DNA of 64,000 nt from Octopus sinensis (GCF_006345805.1 NC_043001.1:90396001-90460000); one strand, 5' to 3'. Shown: positions 1-13,499, counted from the stretch's first letter. A program made the numbers and translations. Notes: generated by a model not told the origin, from the letters alone.

Positions 1-124
1 TAAGAGTAAGAGAAAGAAAGCGAGAAAAAAGAGAGCTAATTTGTCAGAGAGGGGATTAAAGGCGGTCCTAGAAGAATAGTTAGAAAGACGGTCAGGAGAA
101 AGGCATAGCAATATACATAGACAG

Positions 125-126
125 TC

Positions 127-169
<43 letters not shown>

Positions 170-213
170 GAAACAGGGAGACAGACAGACACACAGACAA
201 GCAGACAGACAAT

Positions 214-306
<93 letters not shown>
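125..306. repeat. (GACA)n/(GATA)n compound microsatellite
   Basis: Directly visible tetranucleotide runs. Confidence 0.97.
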
Positions 307-308
<2 letters not shown>

Positions 309-369
309 ACAGCTGGTAATTTGCAATAAAAAAAATCATATCTGAAGAGTTTTACTGAAAGAATTTTTA

Positions 370-720
370 ATCGACTGAATCGACACCAGTACTTACCTTT
401 TACAGCCTGGTAAATTTACAGAGACGTAAACACACCACCACCGGTTGTCAAGCGGTAGCGGTGGGACAAACACAGACACAAAGACACACATAAGCGCACA
501 CACGCACGCATACACACACGCACACACACACACACATGCACACACACAAACACACATTACTATATACGACAGCTTCTTTCAGTTTTCGTCTGCCGAATCC
601 ACTCACAAGACTTTGTCAACTCGGAGCTATAGTAGAAGACATTGCTCAAGGTGCCACGCAGCGGGACTGAAGTCAGGACCATGTGGTTGAGAAGCAAGCT
701 TCTTACCACACAGCCACGCC
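370..720 (-). mobile_element. tRNA-derived SINE, family A (GGCGCAGGAGTGGCTGTGTGG head)
   Basis: Reverse complement matches the copies at 3478 and 10473 (GGCTGTGTGGTAAGAAGCTTGCTT...CAGTCCC..GCGTGGCACCTTG..CAA). Confidence 0.9.
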
Positions 721-774
<54 letters not shown>

Positions 775-1351
775 TAGACAGACAGACAGACAGATAGATA
801 GATATAGATATAGATATACACACATATACATATATATATGCACACAGTGTGTGTATGTCTGTGTACTTGCGGATGCGCTCATGTACGTGCATGTGTCAAT
901 ATACATATATAACATGTTTTTGTCGTTCCTCTGGATCTGTTATGTCTATTTTGCTTTCATGAAGAACAAATAATTATGAACAACAATGAATTAAGTATTT
1001 ATGACTAAGATATTTCTTCCACTAATGATTGCCTATGTAATGCATAAACCTTTGAAGACTCTAAATCTGGAGTCACACAATCATATTTATTTTACTGACT
1101 GTGGGTTATATTGTTTCCAATATAACTAGATGTTTAACTGAATTGTCATAATACTTTCTTTCATCACAGCACCTCGAATATATGGTAACGTCAACTTTGA
1201 TACAGGAATTAAAATAGTAATATTTATATAGTATTTAACTTAATATGTAAATATACCTAATGGCGGCGAGATGGCAGAATCGTTAGTATTTCACGTCCTG
1301 TAAGTCTTTAAATTTGTATGACGTCATATAATTTTGACGTCAACAATATCC

Positions 1352-1425
<74 letters not shown>

Positions 1426-1486
1426 ATACACACACATACACACACACACATATGTATATACAAACATACGTGTGTGTGTGTGTGCG

Positions 1487-1800
1487 TTAATACTCAGTAA
1501 ATATTAAGTAAATATTAAACTTATATGATCTGAGCATAATATCTTCACAGAGGGGAAATACATTTTGATGTTTTATACGTGTTTATGAATTCATTATGCA
1601 GACTCTTTTATAATGAATCCATAAATACATATAAAACATCCAAGAGTATATTTTGTTTTTACCGCTGAAGATATTGTCAGGTCACAGAAATTTAATATTT
1701 ACTTAATATTTATTGAGTATTAATTGAAACAGCTGTAAGGGATTAATTTGGTGTTAATAATACACAATTATTAACTTCCCACTCTTCATTTTCTTTTTCT
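1487..1800 (+). mobile_element. Fold-back Penelope-type pLTR remnant with HHR-like motif
   Basis: Imperfect hairpin 1487-1723. CTGAAGA at 1665 and GAAA-CAGCTG-TA-AGGG at 1726-1741. Confidence 0.6.
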
Positions 1801-1998
1801 TATATATATATATAAGAGAAAAAGTCAGATAAGAGAAAAAAATCTATCAGAAAGGAACTCTATCCCTCTTTAAAAAATATCTTTTGATAAGCATAACAAA
1901 TGCGCAACCGGTAAAAAGAACTTTCACCTAATTAAATACACTCTCCCTTACTTAAATTATTTTGTCAGCATTTTCTTCATTTCCTTTATATATATATA

Positions 1999-2043
<45 letters not shown>

Positions 2044-2130
2044 AGGAAAATTTTTTTTTAAATGCAGAATGCTCAAATGAAAGAAAATTTTAATAAAATG
2101 AGAAATTGATAAAATATATAAATATATATT

Positions 2131-2171
2131 TATTCAACCGGTTTTCGTCATTGTATGACTTGTCAAGAATA
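2131..2171 (-). ncRNA. Minimal type I hammerhead ribozyme, U3:A8 variant
   Basis: UAUUC-UUGACAA-GUCA(uacaa)UGAC-GAAA-ACCGG-UU-GAAUA: 5-bp stem I, 4-bp stem II, palindromic AACCGGUU stem III. Confidence 0.8.
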
Positions 2172-2809
2172 TTTATGTTTTAAAAAGTTTTTTTTTAAAT
2201 TAGAAAGGGGGAAAAAAAGAAAATTGCATTGTTTTTTGCCAAAGAATAATGATAAAAATGTACAAAAATTAAAAAATAAGTACTCCGATACATTGTGAGT
2301 TCGTTGTGTATCTTGAGTTTTATGATTGTTCACGAAAAAATTACCTTGAGGTATTTAGATCCAAAGGGATTAAGAGCATGTGTTGTGTGGTTTAGTTCAG
2401 CATGTTGGCAGGACAGGAAGTAGTAGTAATTGTGGTTCTTCAGTTCCTGTGTTGTGAGTAAGGGGAGACAACTCTTTTGAGTTCTTCAATAAGGGCTGTT
2501 GGTAAAACCCAAATTATAAAATTATCATTTTAGCTTCATTTGCGTTATCTTTTTATATAATTGCTTGTTAACTTAACTTTCAGATTTTAACACTTTATTT
2601 ATATTATTTTCTAATTATATAAATCTGCATAGACAATTGCATTTCAAATTGTCATATCATTTATAATAAAAATGATAGTAATAACAACAATAGTAAAAAT
2701 GATATTTAAAGAATATAAGTTTTAGCTTGAAGTGATGAATGCATGGTATCTTTATATATTTGTGTTAGTCCATCCATGAAGAGTGAGGTAGAGAAAGGAA
2801 GTTTGATCA

Positions 2810-3265
2810 ACGAGGAGTTTGCATGTTAAGTTGTGTTTGGAATTTTTCAATAAAGAGATTCTCCTTGTTAATTCTCTCCTGTGTGGTGATCCCGTCTTAC
2901 ATTGGTAGAAGGGGAATATATAGAATTTGGGGTTTAAGTCTTTAGCACATGAGTCTAAGTGGTCACTCAGTGGAATTTGTCGGTATTCCGGGAGATTTAT
3001 TTGTTCTTTATGCACCGTTACTCGTTTACGTAACGGGAGACTCGTTTGTCCAACATAATTATGTTGGCAACAGCGCATGTGAGAACGTAGATAAGGTTCT
3101 CGGAGGAACAGGAGAAGTTAGTCTTGATTTTAAACTTCGTACCTTGTTTGAAGGTAAATTCAGAGCCTTCAAGTAGAAAGGGGCAGGTACCACAGTTTGA
3201 GCGTGCACATTTTTTTACTGTTGGGGGTGGATGTGGTGTGTGAAGTTTGGCATTTGTCAATGACG
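2810..3265 (-). pseudogene. Penelope-like GIY-YIG endonuclease fragment (frameshifted)
   Basis: CARSNCGTC...NFSCSSENLIYVLTC / CQHNYVGQTSLPLRKRVTVH: the LIY-YVG motif with the upstream Cys cluster typical of PLE endonucleases, split over two frames. Confidence 0.9.
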
Positions 3266-3434
3266 AAGTCATACAATGACGAAAACCGGTTGAATAAATA
3301 TATATTTATATATTTTATCAATTTCTCATTTTATTAAAATTTTCTTTCATTTGAGCATTCTGCATTTTTTTAAAATTTTTCCTTACTTATCATTTCTCCA
3401 CGTGCGGTCAACAAAACCCCACCATTTATTGATC

Positions 3435-3469
<35 letters not shown>

Positions 3470-3477
3470 ATATATAT

Positions 3478-3880
3478 AGGCCCATGAGTTGTGTGGTAAG
3501 TAGCTTGCTTACTAACCATATGGTTCCGGGTTCAGTTCCACTGCGTGGCACCTTGGTCAAGTGTTTTCTACCATAGCCGTGGGCCTACCAAAGCCTTGTG
3601 AGAAGATTTGATAGACGGAAACGGAAAGAAGCCCGTCGTTTATATATATATATATATGCATATGTATATGTATATGTATATGTTTGTGCGTCTGTGTTTG
3701 TCCCCCCAACATCGCTTGACAACCGATGCTGGTTTGTTTGCGTCCCCGCCACTTAGGCCGATATAATAAGTACTACGCTTACAAATAATAAATCCTGGGA
3801 TCGATTTGCTCGACTAAAGGCGGTGCTCCAGCATGGTCGCAGTCAAATGATTGAAACAAATAAAAGAATGAAAGAATATA
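3478..3880 (+). mobile_element. SINE family A
   Basis: tRNA-like head with B-box-like GGGTTCAGTTCC, internal (TA)n, tail ...CCAGCATGGTCGCAGTCAAATGATTGAAAC. Confidence 0.92.
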
Positions 3881-4004
3881 TATATAATACACACACACAT
3901 ATATACAGATATTTGTATATGTACAAATTCGTATGACGTTTATGACGTCAACAATATATGTAAGTATGTATGTATGTATGTATGTATGTATGTATGTATG
4001 TATG

Positions 4005-4049
<45 letters not shown>

Positions 4050-4229
4050 TTAAGTATATATAAATTCTTACGACGTTTATGATATCAACAACATTTTTGT
4101 GTACGTATTATATAAAGATGAATGAGTGTGTGTCTGTATGAATGTACATGTATGTATGTATGTACGTATGTATGTGTTTATTCGTAGATGCGTACATCAC
4201 AAAAGGATCAAGATTCTTCCTGATCCATA

Positions 4230-4380
4230 GACTCATTAGGTCATGTCATGGATTTTGTGAAGTATATATTCCCACAACCGTGAACTGGACGCTACCTTAT
4301 CTCAGGATTAATCATTCTTGCCAATTCAATGGTCTGGAGGAACGTGAAATGAAGTGTTTTGCTCAAGGATACAACTCAAA
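4230..4380 (-). mobile_element. SINE family D fragment
   Basis: GAACGTGAAATGAAGTGTTTTGCTCAAG is shared with the copies at 21830, 34290 and 57960. Confidence 0.6.
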
Positions 4381-4449
4381 GTATTGCATTGAACTGTCAA
4401 GAATGATTAATCCTGAGATACAGCCTTACAATAATGTGTGCAACACCCT

Positions 4450-5042
4450 TCTATGATAGTAATTATTTTACGGTATTATTCTCAACTTTAATTAATAATT
4501 ATTCCTAACAATTGGAATTTTTTCAAAACTTAGAGAATTTAATATGAAAATTTCGTCTACAAGCCGGATTAACCGAAATTCCGATACGTGTATTTATAGC
4601 TCATTTATTTCTTCAATCGCCTCTTTCTTAATTAATAATTATTTCACGCAATTGACTAAATGCCAAATGGAATCGATGAAGTATCCAAATTCTCTCTTAA
4701 ATGAAGATTAACCGAGACACTGCTACTTGGGTTTATAGTTTATATGTTGCTTCCATGTATTGTTTCTTAATTGATAATTATTTTTAACAATTGGAATGTA
4801 TAGGAAATTGGGACGACTGAAATTCTGTCTAAAATAATGATTAGCCGAACTGCCTTGAGTTGAATTTATAGTTTATACGTTCCTTCAACTGAAAATTATA
4901 AATTAATTTATAATTAGAAAATCGAGACAATTCTGCCTAAAAGACTGTTTAACCGATATATCGAAGTGTCTATTTTTAGTTCATATGTTATTCAGTTCAT
5001 ATGTTGTGCCCGGAGTATCCGATTAATGGCCAAATCGCTAGT
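4450..5042 (+). repeat. Degenerate ~140-bp tandem units, possibly in a non-autonomous Helitron
   Basis: TTAATTRATAATTATT...CAATTG recurs at about 4488, 4628 and 4767, with ATTARCCGA and TTTATAG blocks. The region ends in CTAGT at about 5042. Confidence 0.5.
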
Positions 5043-5299
5043 GATTGAACATGTAACCTCATCATTTCGCCCATTGGAAGATTAGGGCGTTCTAAAAAGC
5101 ACTAAGAATAACAATTGTAGGCTCTCAACCTCTCTGATGTACTAAGACAAGAGTTCGTATTGGAATCTCTCTCCAGTCAGACAGGCTTCCAGACATCTTA
5201 GAATAAATATGCCGTGAATGCATAATGTTCGAAGACCAAGTAATGTCAAACTCCTACGTACTGAAGCAGGAGTTACGATTCAGTATAGGTACAATAGGG

Positions 5300-5806
5300 A
5301 ATGTTTCAAGACTTACAGGAGAAAAACATGCCCATACCCGTCCCATTGCATGTCTAAACATTATCTGGAAACTACCGTCACATAGCATGCCTAAACATGA
5401 TCTGGAAGATACTCACTGCAATATGTGCGGCAAAGACATATACTTTTCTGGCACATGAAGAAATACTACCAAGAGAATAAAAAGGATGTAGGAAGAGTTC
5501 TCAGGGTACCAAGGATCACCTGGTCATCGATAAAACAGTTTTGAGGCATTGTAAAAACATCATAGAAACATTTCTATGACTTGGATTGACTTTAAGAAGG
5601 CATATGATATGATGCCTCATTTTTGGATCGTTGAATGCCTGCAGATGTTTGGTGTGGCTGACAAATTTTCTGATGCATAGCATGAAAGAGTGGAAAACCA
5701 AATTGTCCTCAAGTAATGTGTTCCTAGGAAAAGTTAATATTAAAAGGGGCATCTTCCAAGGTGACTAGTTTTCTCCGTTACTATTTGTAATTGCACTAAT
5801 ATCCAT
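5300..5806 (+). pseudogene. R4/Dong-like non-LTR reverse transcriptase fragment
   Basis: RPIACLNIIWKL...KGCRKSSQGTKDHLVIDKTVLRHC...WIDFKKAYDMMPH.WIVECL...IKRGIFQGD..SPLLFVIAL, with stops and frameshifts. Confidence 0.88.
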
Positions 5807-5812
5807 AATAAT

Positions 5813-5843
<31 letters not shown>

Positions 5844-5907
5844 GCAACAACAGCAACAACAGCAACAACAACAACAACAACAACAATAATAATAATAATA
5901 ATAATAA
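5807..5907. repeat. (AAC)n/(AAT)n microsatellite
   Basis: Directly visible. Confidence 0.95.
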
Positions 5908-6415
5908 ATGCTCTGATGCAGTATCAGACAGTGGTTTTTTGCGGATTCTGATCTTAACTGACTGGAAGTGTTATCATGTACATTGTTTTGTCTTGGTATA
6001 AAAGATGGGCTGCAGCAAATATTCTGCTCAATACCACAGATTTGCTTGTCAGTTGTTTGACCTTAACCAGTTGAGCAAGTCCCTTAGTGGCTGACAATAT
6101 GTGCATCTCTGATCACGAGCAGAAGTAGTGGGGGAGCATCATAGCCGTGTGTTGATAGGAATTCTTGGAGGTTTGGATAATTCACTTTTGGAAACAAGGG
6201 TGGTTCGTTCAACATCCTTAAACAATCTTTATTCAGGGACCTTTTGAGCGGGATGGGCTACTCAACCAGAAGAAAATTCTAAGTGAGCCCCACCTGCAAG
6301 GTCATGCGCTGTTTATCTTGAAAAGATAAACCATATGTCGCGCACATATGGTTGTGTTGCATGTTCCTGGTGTACCATTATCAGATGGGTAGTCATGATG
6401 GGTATACTGGGCTTG
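5908..6415 (-). mobile_element. Unclassified interspersed retro-repeat ending in (TAT)n
   Basis: Higher-GC block abutting the trinucleotide tract. It resembles a common octopus repeat from memory; no internal second copy to confirm. Confidence 0.4.
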
Positions 6416-6486
6416 GAAGGCAGGCGTTGGTCTCTCACTCAATAACGATTATAAATATATGTGTGTGTGTGCGTGTGTGTGTGTGT

Positions 6487-6560
<74 letters not shown>

Positions 6561-7163
6561 TGTGTTTGAGTGTGTGTGTGTTAGAAACGTTCAACCATTT
6601 TTTTTCTTACGCTGAGCGTCTGCTAAGACTTTACATGCACCACATCCTCGCATTATTGTTTTTTGTGTTTGCTGTTGTTCTTATTTTGGATTTAATGTAT
6701 ATATATATATATATAATATATATATATATATATAATATATATATATATATAATGTATAAACATTTATATTGTGTGGATGGGTTTGTGTGCGTATGTATAA
6801 TGTCTTTATGTGGGTTTATATGGGTAGAGGAGAATACTTACAGAGTTCACTTATTCGTTCGATGTTCATGCTTCAGTTCATCTGCACTTCAACAATAAGT
6901 AAAATAATATGGTTGATTTGCAATACTAAATAAAATAACATGGCTTTCTTTTCTTGTACGTTGATCACGGGAAACAATCTCGCTACATACTGTATCTCTC
7001 CCACAATTCTCTTTATTATTTCTTTCTTTTTTCGTTTCCTTTCTTTCTTTCTCTTTATCCAGGTCAATCGTTTATCATTCTCTCTCTCCTTTATACACAT
7101 ACTCTATATCTCTCTCATTTACACACATACTCTCTCTCTTTCTTTCTCTCTCAAAAAGAAGTA

Positions 7164-7217
<54 letters not shown>

Positions 7218-8399
7218 AAACACAAATTCTCTGTTCTCTCTTTTTCTATATATCGCCAGCAACATCAATTCTTTCTTATTCTATCCGTGATAGCGTCATC
7301 ACTCTTGTTAGATAATTATTTTACTCATTACAGCTGCCTTTAACTCTCCTTCTTTTTGATTACTCCCACTTTACTTTATATTTTTAGAAGTTAGGAAATT
7401 GAGGATGGACAATGCAAATTACTATTCCAGCCCCCACCCAGACTTGTAAGATTGATAAATTTCATATTGAGCTTCAATCTTTGTACGCCAATGTTTGGAT
7501 GAAAAGTTTGGACGTGATGAGAGTGAATACCAGGATGTTATCTTTCTAGAGAGAAAGGATTGAGAGAATTTTTTAGTGCCGGAATTAGATCAAAAGCGCT
7601 GTGCCGTTTTAAACGATAGAAGAGATGAAGGAAAAAGAATCGGGTTAACATGCAGTTTAGCGTCGTAAGAAAGTGAAAGTAAATTGCTCCCAAAAGATGA
7701 AAGTAAATTGTGCTGGAAATTGGAAGCAACGACACTGCCTTCTCATAATTTCATGTAAACAATATACGTCACACTCTCTTACCTACGTCTACATTAGTTG
7801 AGTTATTATTTTTGGAAGAGTGAAATAGCTCTTCTCAAAAAATCAAAACGAAAACAAACGGAATTAGCTCGTATAGTCCGAATGAATCCACAGGAACAAC
7901 GCAAATGCTTCCCTTCAGTTCTTTCTCTACAGTTCATTAATCATGTAGGATTATTGTATTCCTTATATGTATTTGTGTTGGTTTATCATGCATCGATACG
8001 CAAGTCACCAAATTGCTTTCTCATTGGTGTTCGTTCCATGTACACCTTGAAACGGTGTACTTTATCTACTATTTCTGAAACATCTGGATAGTGAAGAGGG
8101 TCACTAACGCAGTCACTAACGAAAATTCCACTTTTCCTCTTTTTCTTTTCACGATGATATTACAGATGTATTAAATACATTCGTCATAATGCAGATGGAT
8201 TGCGTCACAACGTCGAATGAATAAATAAACTATTTGTATTTTCCTGTTTGTACGCTCACACAAAGCTACATAAACACTGTTAAAACGTCATTTCGAATTG
8301 CCTGTCGCTTTTTGATCACAACGGACGAAAAGCTTTCGTTAAAGATGAAGCCCGAAAGAGCAGATCTCCAACCTGTGCCTCATGTGCGAGAAACACCAA

Positions 8400-8640
8400 A
8401 TGCTGGCTCAATCAGCAGAAGAGAGAATATCACAAATCTATGATTTACTGACAACTTTGATGAAATAGAAGGAAGTATTGATAATTCGGCACATATAAAC
8501 AGCTGTCTTGATAAAGCGTTCATCAAATTTTGGATGGAAATTAGCACAAAGATGCCAGTAGTATCATCATAACAGATATCTCGCTATAAGAACGGAAACT
8601 AGAGATAGTACAGCAGTCAAATATCTGTGGGCCAAAATCA
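8400..8640 (+). pseudogene. RTE-like RT fragment, highly decayed
   Basis: ITNL*FTDNFDEIEGS...LDKAFIKFWMEISTK...KLEIVQQ resembles ITNLRFADDIDGLAG...FGMEIS.EKTK. Confidence 0.6.
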
Positions 8641-9159
8641 GATTCCTTTAAGGGCTTCATCGACAATAATTGCACTAACGAAGCCCAATGCAATACAGAA
8701 AGGTGATGCAACATTAAGAAGACCAAGATCAACGCTACCCTTCATTTTCTTGCGCCCATATGAGACATGCATTCTTACTACAGATATGAATACATAGATA
8801 TGTGCATACATACACACACACACACATACATATATACATATATATATACATGTATTTGTATATGTATGTGTATATATATGCGTGTGTATAGACACGTATA
8901 TGTGTGTATATATGAATATATCCGTGCATGTGTGTATATAAATACATATGTGTGTAAATAGATTATTGTGTATTTATTTATTTATTAATATATGTATGTA
9001 TGTCTATGTATATATATATATATATATATATGGAGAGAGAGAGAGATGTATATATACTTTTTGTTTATTATATGTAGTGAAGTAAATATGTGAACTAGTA
9101 TGGTCTCCACCACCTCCCCTCCCAAACCAATATATATATATATATAATAATAATAATAA

Positions 9160-9380
9160 ATATTAGGGAATAAATCCAAAATTACAGGGAAAAAATCAGA
9201 TTTAGGATTAAATCCAATTTTATAATAATATTAATTCGAGACAAAACACTATTTTGCAAATCAAACAAGGAAAGACTTAATCAATACATAAAAAATTTTA
9301 ATATAAAGTAAATTTTTTATGTATTGATTAAGTCTTTCCTGTTTGATTTGCAAAATAGTGGTTTTGTCTCGAATTAATAT
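9160..9380 (-). mobile_element. Fold-back element in (TA)n, same family as 15457-15890
   Basis: About 72-bp near-perfect arms (9228-9300 / 9309-9380). The unpaired tail 9160-9225 matches the reverse complement of 15815-15885. Confidence 0.8.
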
Positions 9381-9386
9381 CATATA

Positions 9387-9430
<44 letters not shown>

Positions 9431-10004
9431 ATTTCTATCAACATATTTTTATCAAAAGACATGTACCTTACACCTCATTAACACCACCACCCTAAACACA
9501 CACCTAAAACAGAAAATTATTTAGAGAAAGAATCTGGAGAAATATTTCACCATTATATTTGTCACCAAAGGTCAACTATGCAAATGGCTTCACAAAACAC
9601 TCTTTTAACACCCCACACTTCCAAATTCCACCCCCAATCAAGTATCTTGCTTCACCATTCACTGTTTTCTTTCAACTCTCATTCATCAATACTCTTTCAC
9701 TCGCACACTGATTAACAAACCCCAACCCTACCCCAAGCACACCCAAATCCCATATATAGAATCACAAAGCCCCAAAACCTGAGATCTGTTTGAGAAGGAA
9801 TGCAAGAAAATTCTCCAGAAAAGTTAACAAGGAATTTTTGTAAAAAAAAATCCACACCCAAGTTAACAAAGAACTTACTAGATCAATGAACTAAAATGTA
9901 AAATTCATATTATTAAAAAAAATTTTAATTATAAATTAAACTGATTAGAACTAACTGTACCAAGGATCTCACACATTTTCCGATATACATACATACATAC
10001 ATAC

Positions 10005-10063
<59 letters not shown>

Positions 10064-10472
10064 CATATATACATACAAAACACTCATATTACGTATTATG
10101 TGTGCATGTATGTGTATGTGATATATATATATATATGCATACACCTATATTGCGTATTGTGTGTATGTACGTGCACACACACACGCACACATACATACAT
10201 ACATACATACATACATACATACATACATACATACATACATGCATAGATACATACATGCATACAATATATATGTATGCACACATTAAGCATACCTCGCACA
10301 TTTCTCTCACCATCCCAGTTACTAATATCATTTTCCCCCTTGCACCCGGTCTTACCTTCTTCGCACATATGTCTTCACATCACGCCCCTAACAATTATAC
10401 GCACGCTCATGCACCACACTGCTTCCAGATACAGATACACGCTTATATTCATATATATATATATATAAATAT

Positions 10473-10878
10473 AGGCGCAGGAGTGGCTGTGTGGTAAGTA
10501 GCTTGCTTACCAACTATATGGTTCCGGGTTCAGTCCCACTGTGTGGCACCTTCTACTATAGCATCGGGCCGATCAAAGCCTTGTGAGTGGATTTGGTAGA
10601 CGGAAACTGAAAGAATCCCGTCATATATATGTATATATGTATGTATGTATGTGTGCGTATATGTTTGTGTGTCTGTGTTCCCCCCCCCCACCAACATCGC
10701 TTGACAACCGATGCTGGTGTGTTTACGTCCCCGTAACTTAGCGGTTCGGCGAAAGAGACCGATAGAATAAGTACTAGGCTTACAAAGAATAAGCCTTGGG
10801 GTCGATTTGCTCGACTAAAGGCGGTGCTCCAGCATGGCCGCAGTCAAATGACTGAAACAAGTAAAAGAGTAAAAGAGT
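10473..10878 (+). mobile_element. SINE family A, near full length
   Basis: Complete head, internal microsatellite, and tail ending (GTAAAAGA)2. Confidence 0.95.
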
Positions 10879-10996
10879 ATACAACACACTCACTGTTCTT
10901 CCCTTCTTAATTCACCCTCTCCACAAAACAACATTCACACCTCGTCTTGTAACCCTTCGCCCATTCTTTCCTCTCTGACTATTTATTTCTCCTTCC

Positions 10997-11030
10997 TTCT
11001 TAAGAAGGACCAACGTCCGAAACGTTAGAA
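10997..11030 (+). ncRNA. Degenerate HHR motif in a pLTR-like remnant
   Basis: CTTAAGA-A-GGAC(caac)GTCC-GAAA-CGTT; the core deviates from CUGANGA. Confidence 0.5.
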
Positions 11031-11905
11031 TATTTTTCTCTTTCCATTACAGCCTTAAATTAAAACCTTGTTTGATAAACCTCTTTTTTTTGTTCTTTAT
11101 TTATAATTCATTATATTTGCACTGTGTGTGTATATATGCGTATATGTATACAAAACAACCGAACCAAATATATGTCGATAAACTGTATACCAGACGAGGA
11201 ACTAAGTTCTGCAGTCGATAAAATCGACAAAAATATAAAATGTGCTCCAGCATGGCTACGATCAAATAATTGGCATCAGTAAAAATATAAAAGAAAGAAA
11301 TACTACATTGGCATCATAAACTAGGCAACATATAACATAAATGTTTTCTATAGTAATTGAATATCTGTTGGAATTGACAATAGCAGAAGATTGGTAAATC
11401 GAGTTAGTTTTGTTTTCCTGCTTGTAGCCATTTTATTTCGCCTTGGCTACTGATTTGTTCAAGCAAGACACAAAGGTTACACAATCTTATTTTCCCATTC
11501 TTTACGAGACAAAAGGACTCATTAGTTTTAAGATCTACCTAACTCCGATAATAAAATATGTATGTGTCTCTAGGAACGTGTAAAGACGGGGTTCAGTGTA
11601 TGCGTCTGAATGTGTGAGAGTGTGTGTATGTCTAGAAATGCATTTGCCTATATACAACCGTATCAGTATGAGTCCCTGTCATTTAGCGAGGATATAGAAT
11701 ATGTAGGTAGAAGTGAGGTGAGTGAAAATAACAAGCATGACTGGTAAGTAAGAAGAATACATCAATCATCCTAAAATGAAGGAACAGGCCTGAGAGAAAA
11801 ATAAATAGTTTGCGAGTGTATTGGAGAGAGGAGAAAAAGAGAAAGCGAAAGAGAAAGTAGAAACCAAATAGAAAAAGGAAGAAGGAAGAATACGTGAGCA
11901 TGTGA

Positions 11906-11937
<32 letters not shown>

Positions 11938-11984
11938 TGTGTGTGTATATATGTGTGTGTGTGCGTGTGTGTGTGGTGTGTGTG

Positions 11985-12019
<35 letters not shown>

Positions 12020-12889
12020 CTATTTTCACCCTTACAAAAAGCTGCCACGAAACTAAGTTACGTGGAATGAGTTAACAAGCAAGATAACTAAGCTATGCAT
12101 GTTTGGCACCAAAGAATATATCTTGGCCAAAAGCCCTTTCTCGTCAATGTGCAGTTTCGAACTAGTTGGAAAATACTCACAAAATTGTTCTGGAAAAGTG
12201 CCAATGTATGTATATGGGTGTGTAGATATACATATACATATACATACATACATTTATATTTATGTACACTCCCTTGCGCACGCACACACACACATACACA
12301 CATAATTATATGCATCTAAATGTGTATATATGTATGTGTATATGCGTGTGTGTATATATATATAGAGAGAGAGATCAATAGATAGATACATACATATTTA
12401 CATACATGCATACATACATATACATATATATATTCATTTATATAATGCTCTCATATATGTATATAAACATGCCCATACACATAGGCTATATATATAAATG
12501 CACAAGTTCACACGTACATACATACATACATTCTTAACTACATACGTTAGTGCGAGTCTATCTTTCGAGGAGTGTCTATTTTGGTGCAAATGTGTATTTA
12601 TGGACATTTTCGAAATATCATCCGTAATATGTGTTACTTTGTCATCGCCCGATGCACAGACCGCATATAATTTCAGCTATGATTTCAATGGAATCTTCCC
12701 GTTTATTTGACTGTCTAATTATAATGCGTTAATGTAACTTATAGAGCTAAAAGAAGGGCTTCATTTTTGGGATTCTAAATACTTATTTCGGTGTAATTTT
12801 TTCTCTAAACAAGGCGGAAATGAAGCCGATAACAGATTAAAGAATATGTCCCCTTTCGTGTATATCTGTGTTTTATTTTTTTATTCTTT

Positions 12890-13110
12890 TATATTTTTAC
12901 TCGTTTCACTCACTGGATTACAGCCTTGCTGGAGTGCGCTTTGAATGGTTTACTGGAACAAAATCAATTCCAATACTTATTTGTGCTTTATTTTAGAGTC
13001 TGGTACGTATGATTTTAGAATCTAGTCGTATTCGCCTTTTGTCGAACCACAAAGTTACGGAAACGTAAACAAGCCAACTCCGGTTGTCAGGTGAGGAGAA
13101 AACAGAGACA
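12890..13110 (-). mobile_element. SINE family A, diverged 3' half
   Basis: GAACC..AAGTTACGGAAACGTAAACA..CCAAC.CGGTTGTCA matches the family A reverse complement. Confidence 0.7.
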
Positions 13111-13298
13111 TGCACACGCAAACATACATCATATTTGTATGTATGTATGTATGTATGTATGTATGTATGTATTTATGTATATATGTATGTATGTATGTCA
13201 TTATTCAGTTTTATTTCTATGTGTGTATGTATGTACGTACGTATGTATGTACGTACGTATGTATGTATATATGCATGTATGTATGTTTGTATGTGTGC

Positions 13299-13329
<31 letters not shown>

Positions 13330-13499
13330 TGTATGTATGTATGTTTGTTTGTTTGTTTGTATGTATGCATGTATGTACGTATGTGCAGCTAAACTAGAAA
13401 GCCCTAAACAAGTATTAGCTTTACCAGAATTATAATCCCAATGAATTACGACGATGACGACGATGATTTTTGGTTCAGACATCTGGTCAATTGTGTTTT

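Larger units (their letters stand above)
2041..3430 (-). mobile_element. 5'-truncated Penelope-like element with inverted pLTR
   Basis: GIY-YIG remnant on the minus strand. About 120 bp near-perfect inverted repeat (2041-2161 vs 3266-3387). Flanked by (TA)n. Confidence 0.9.
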
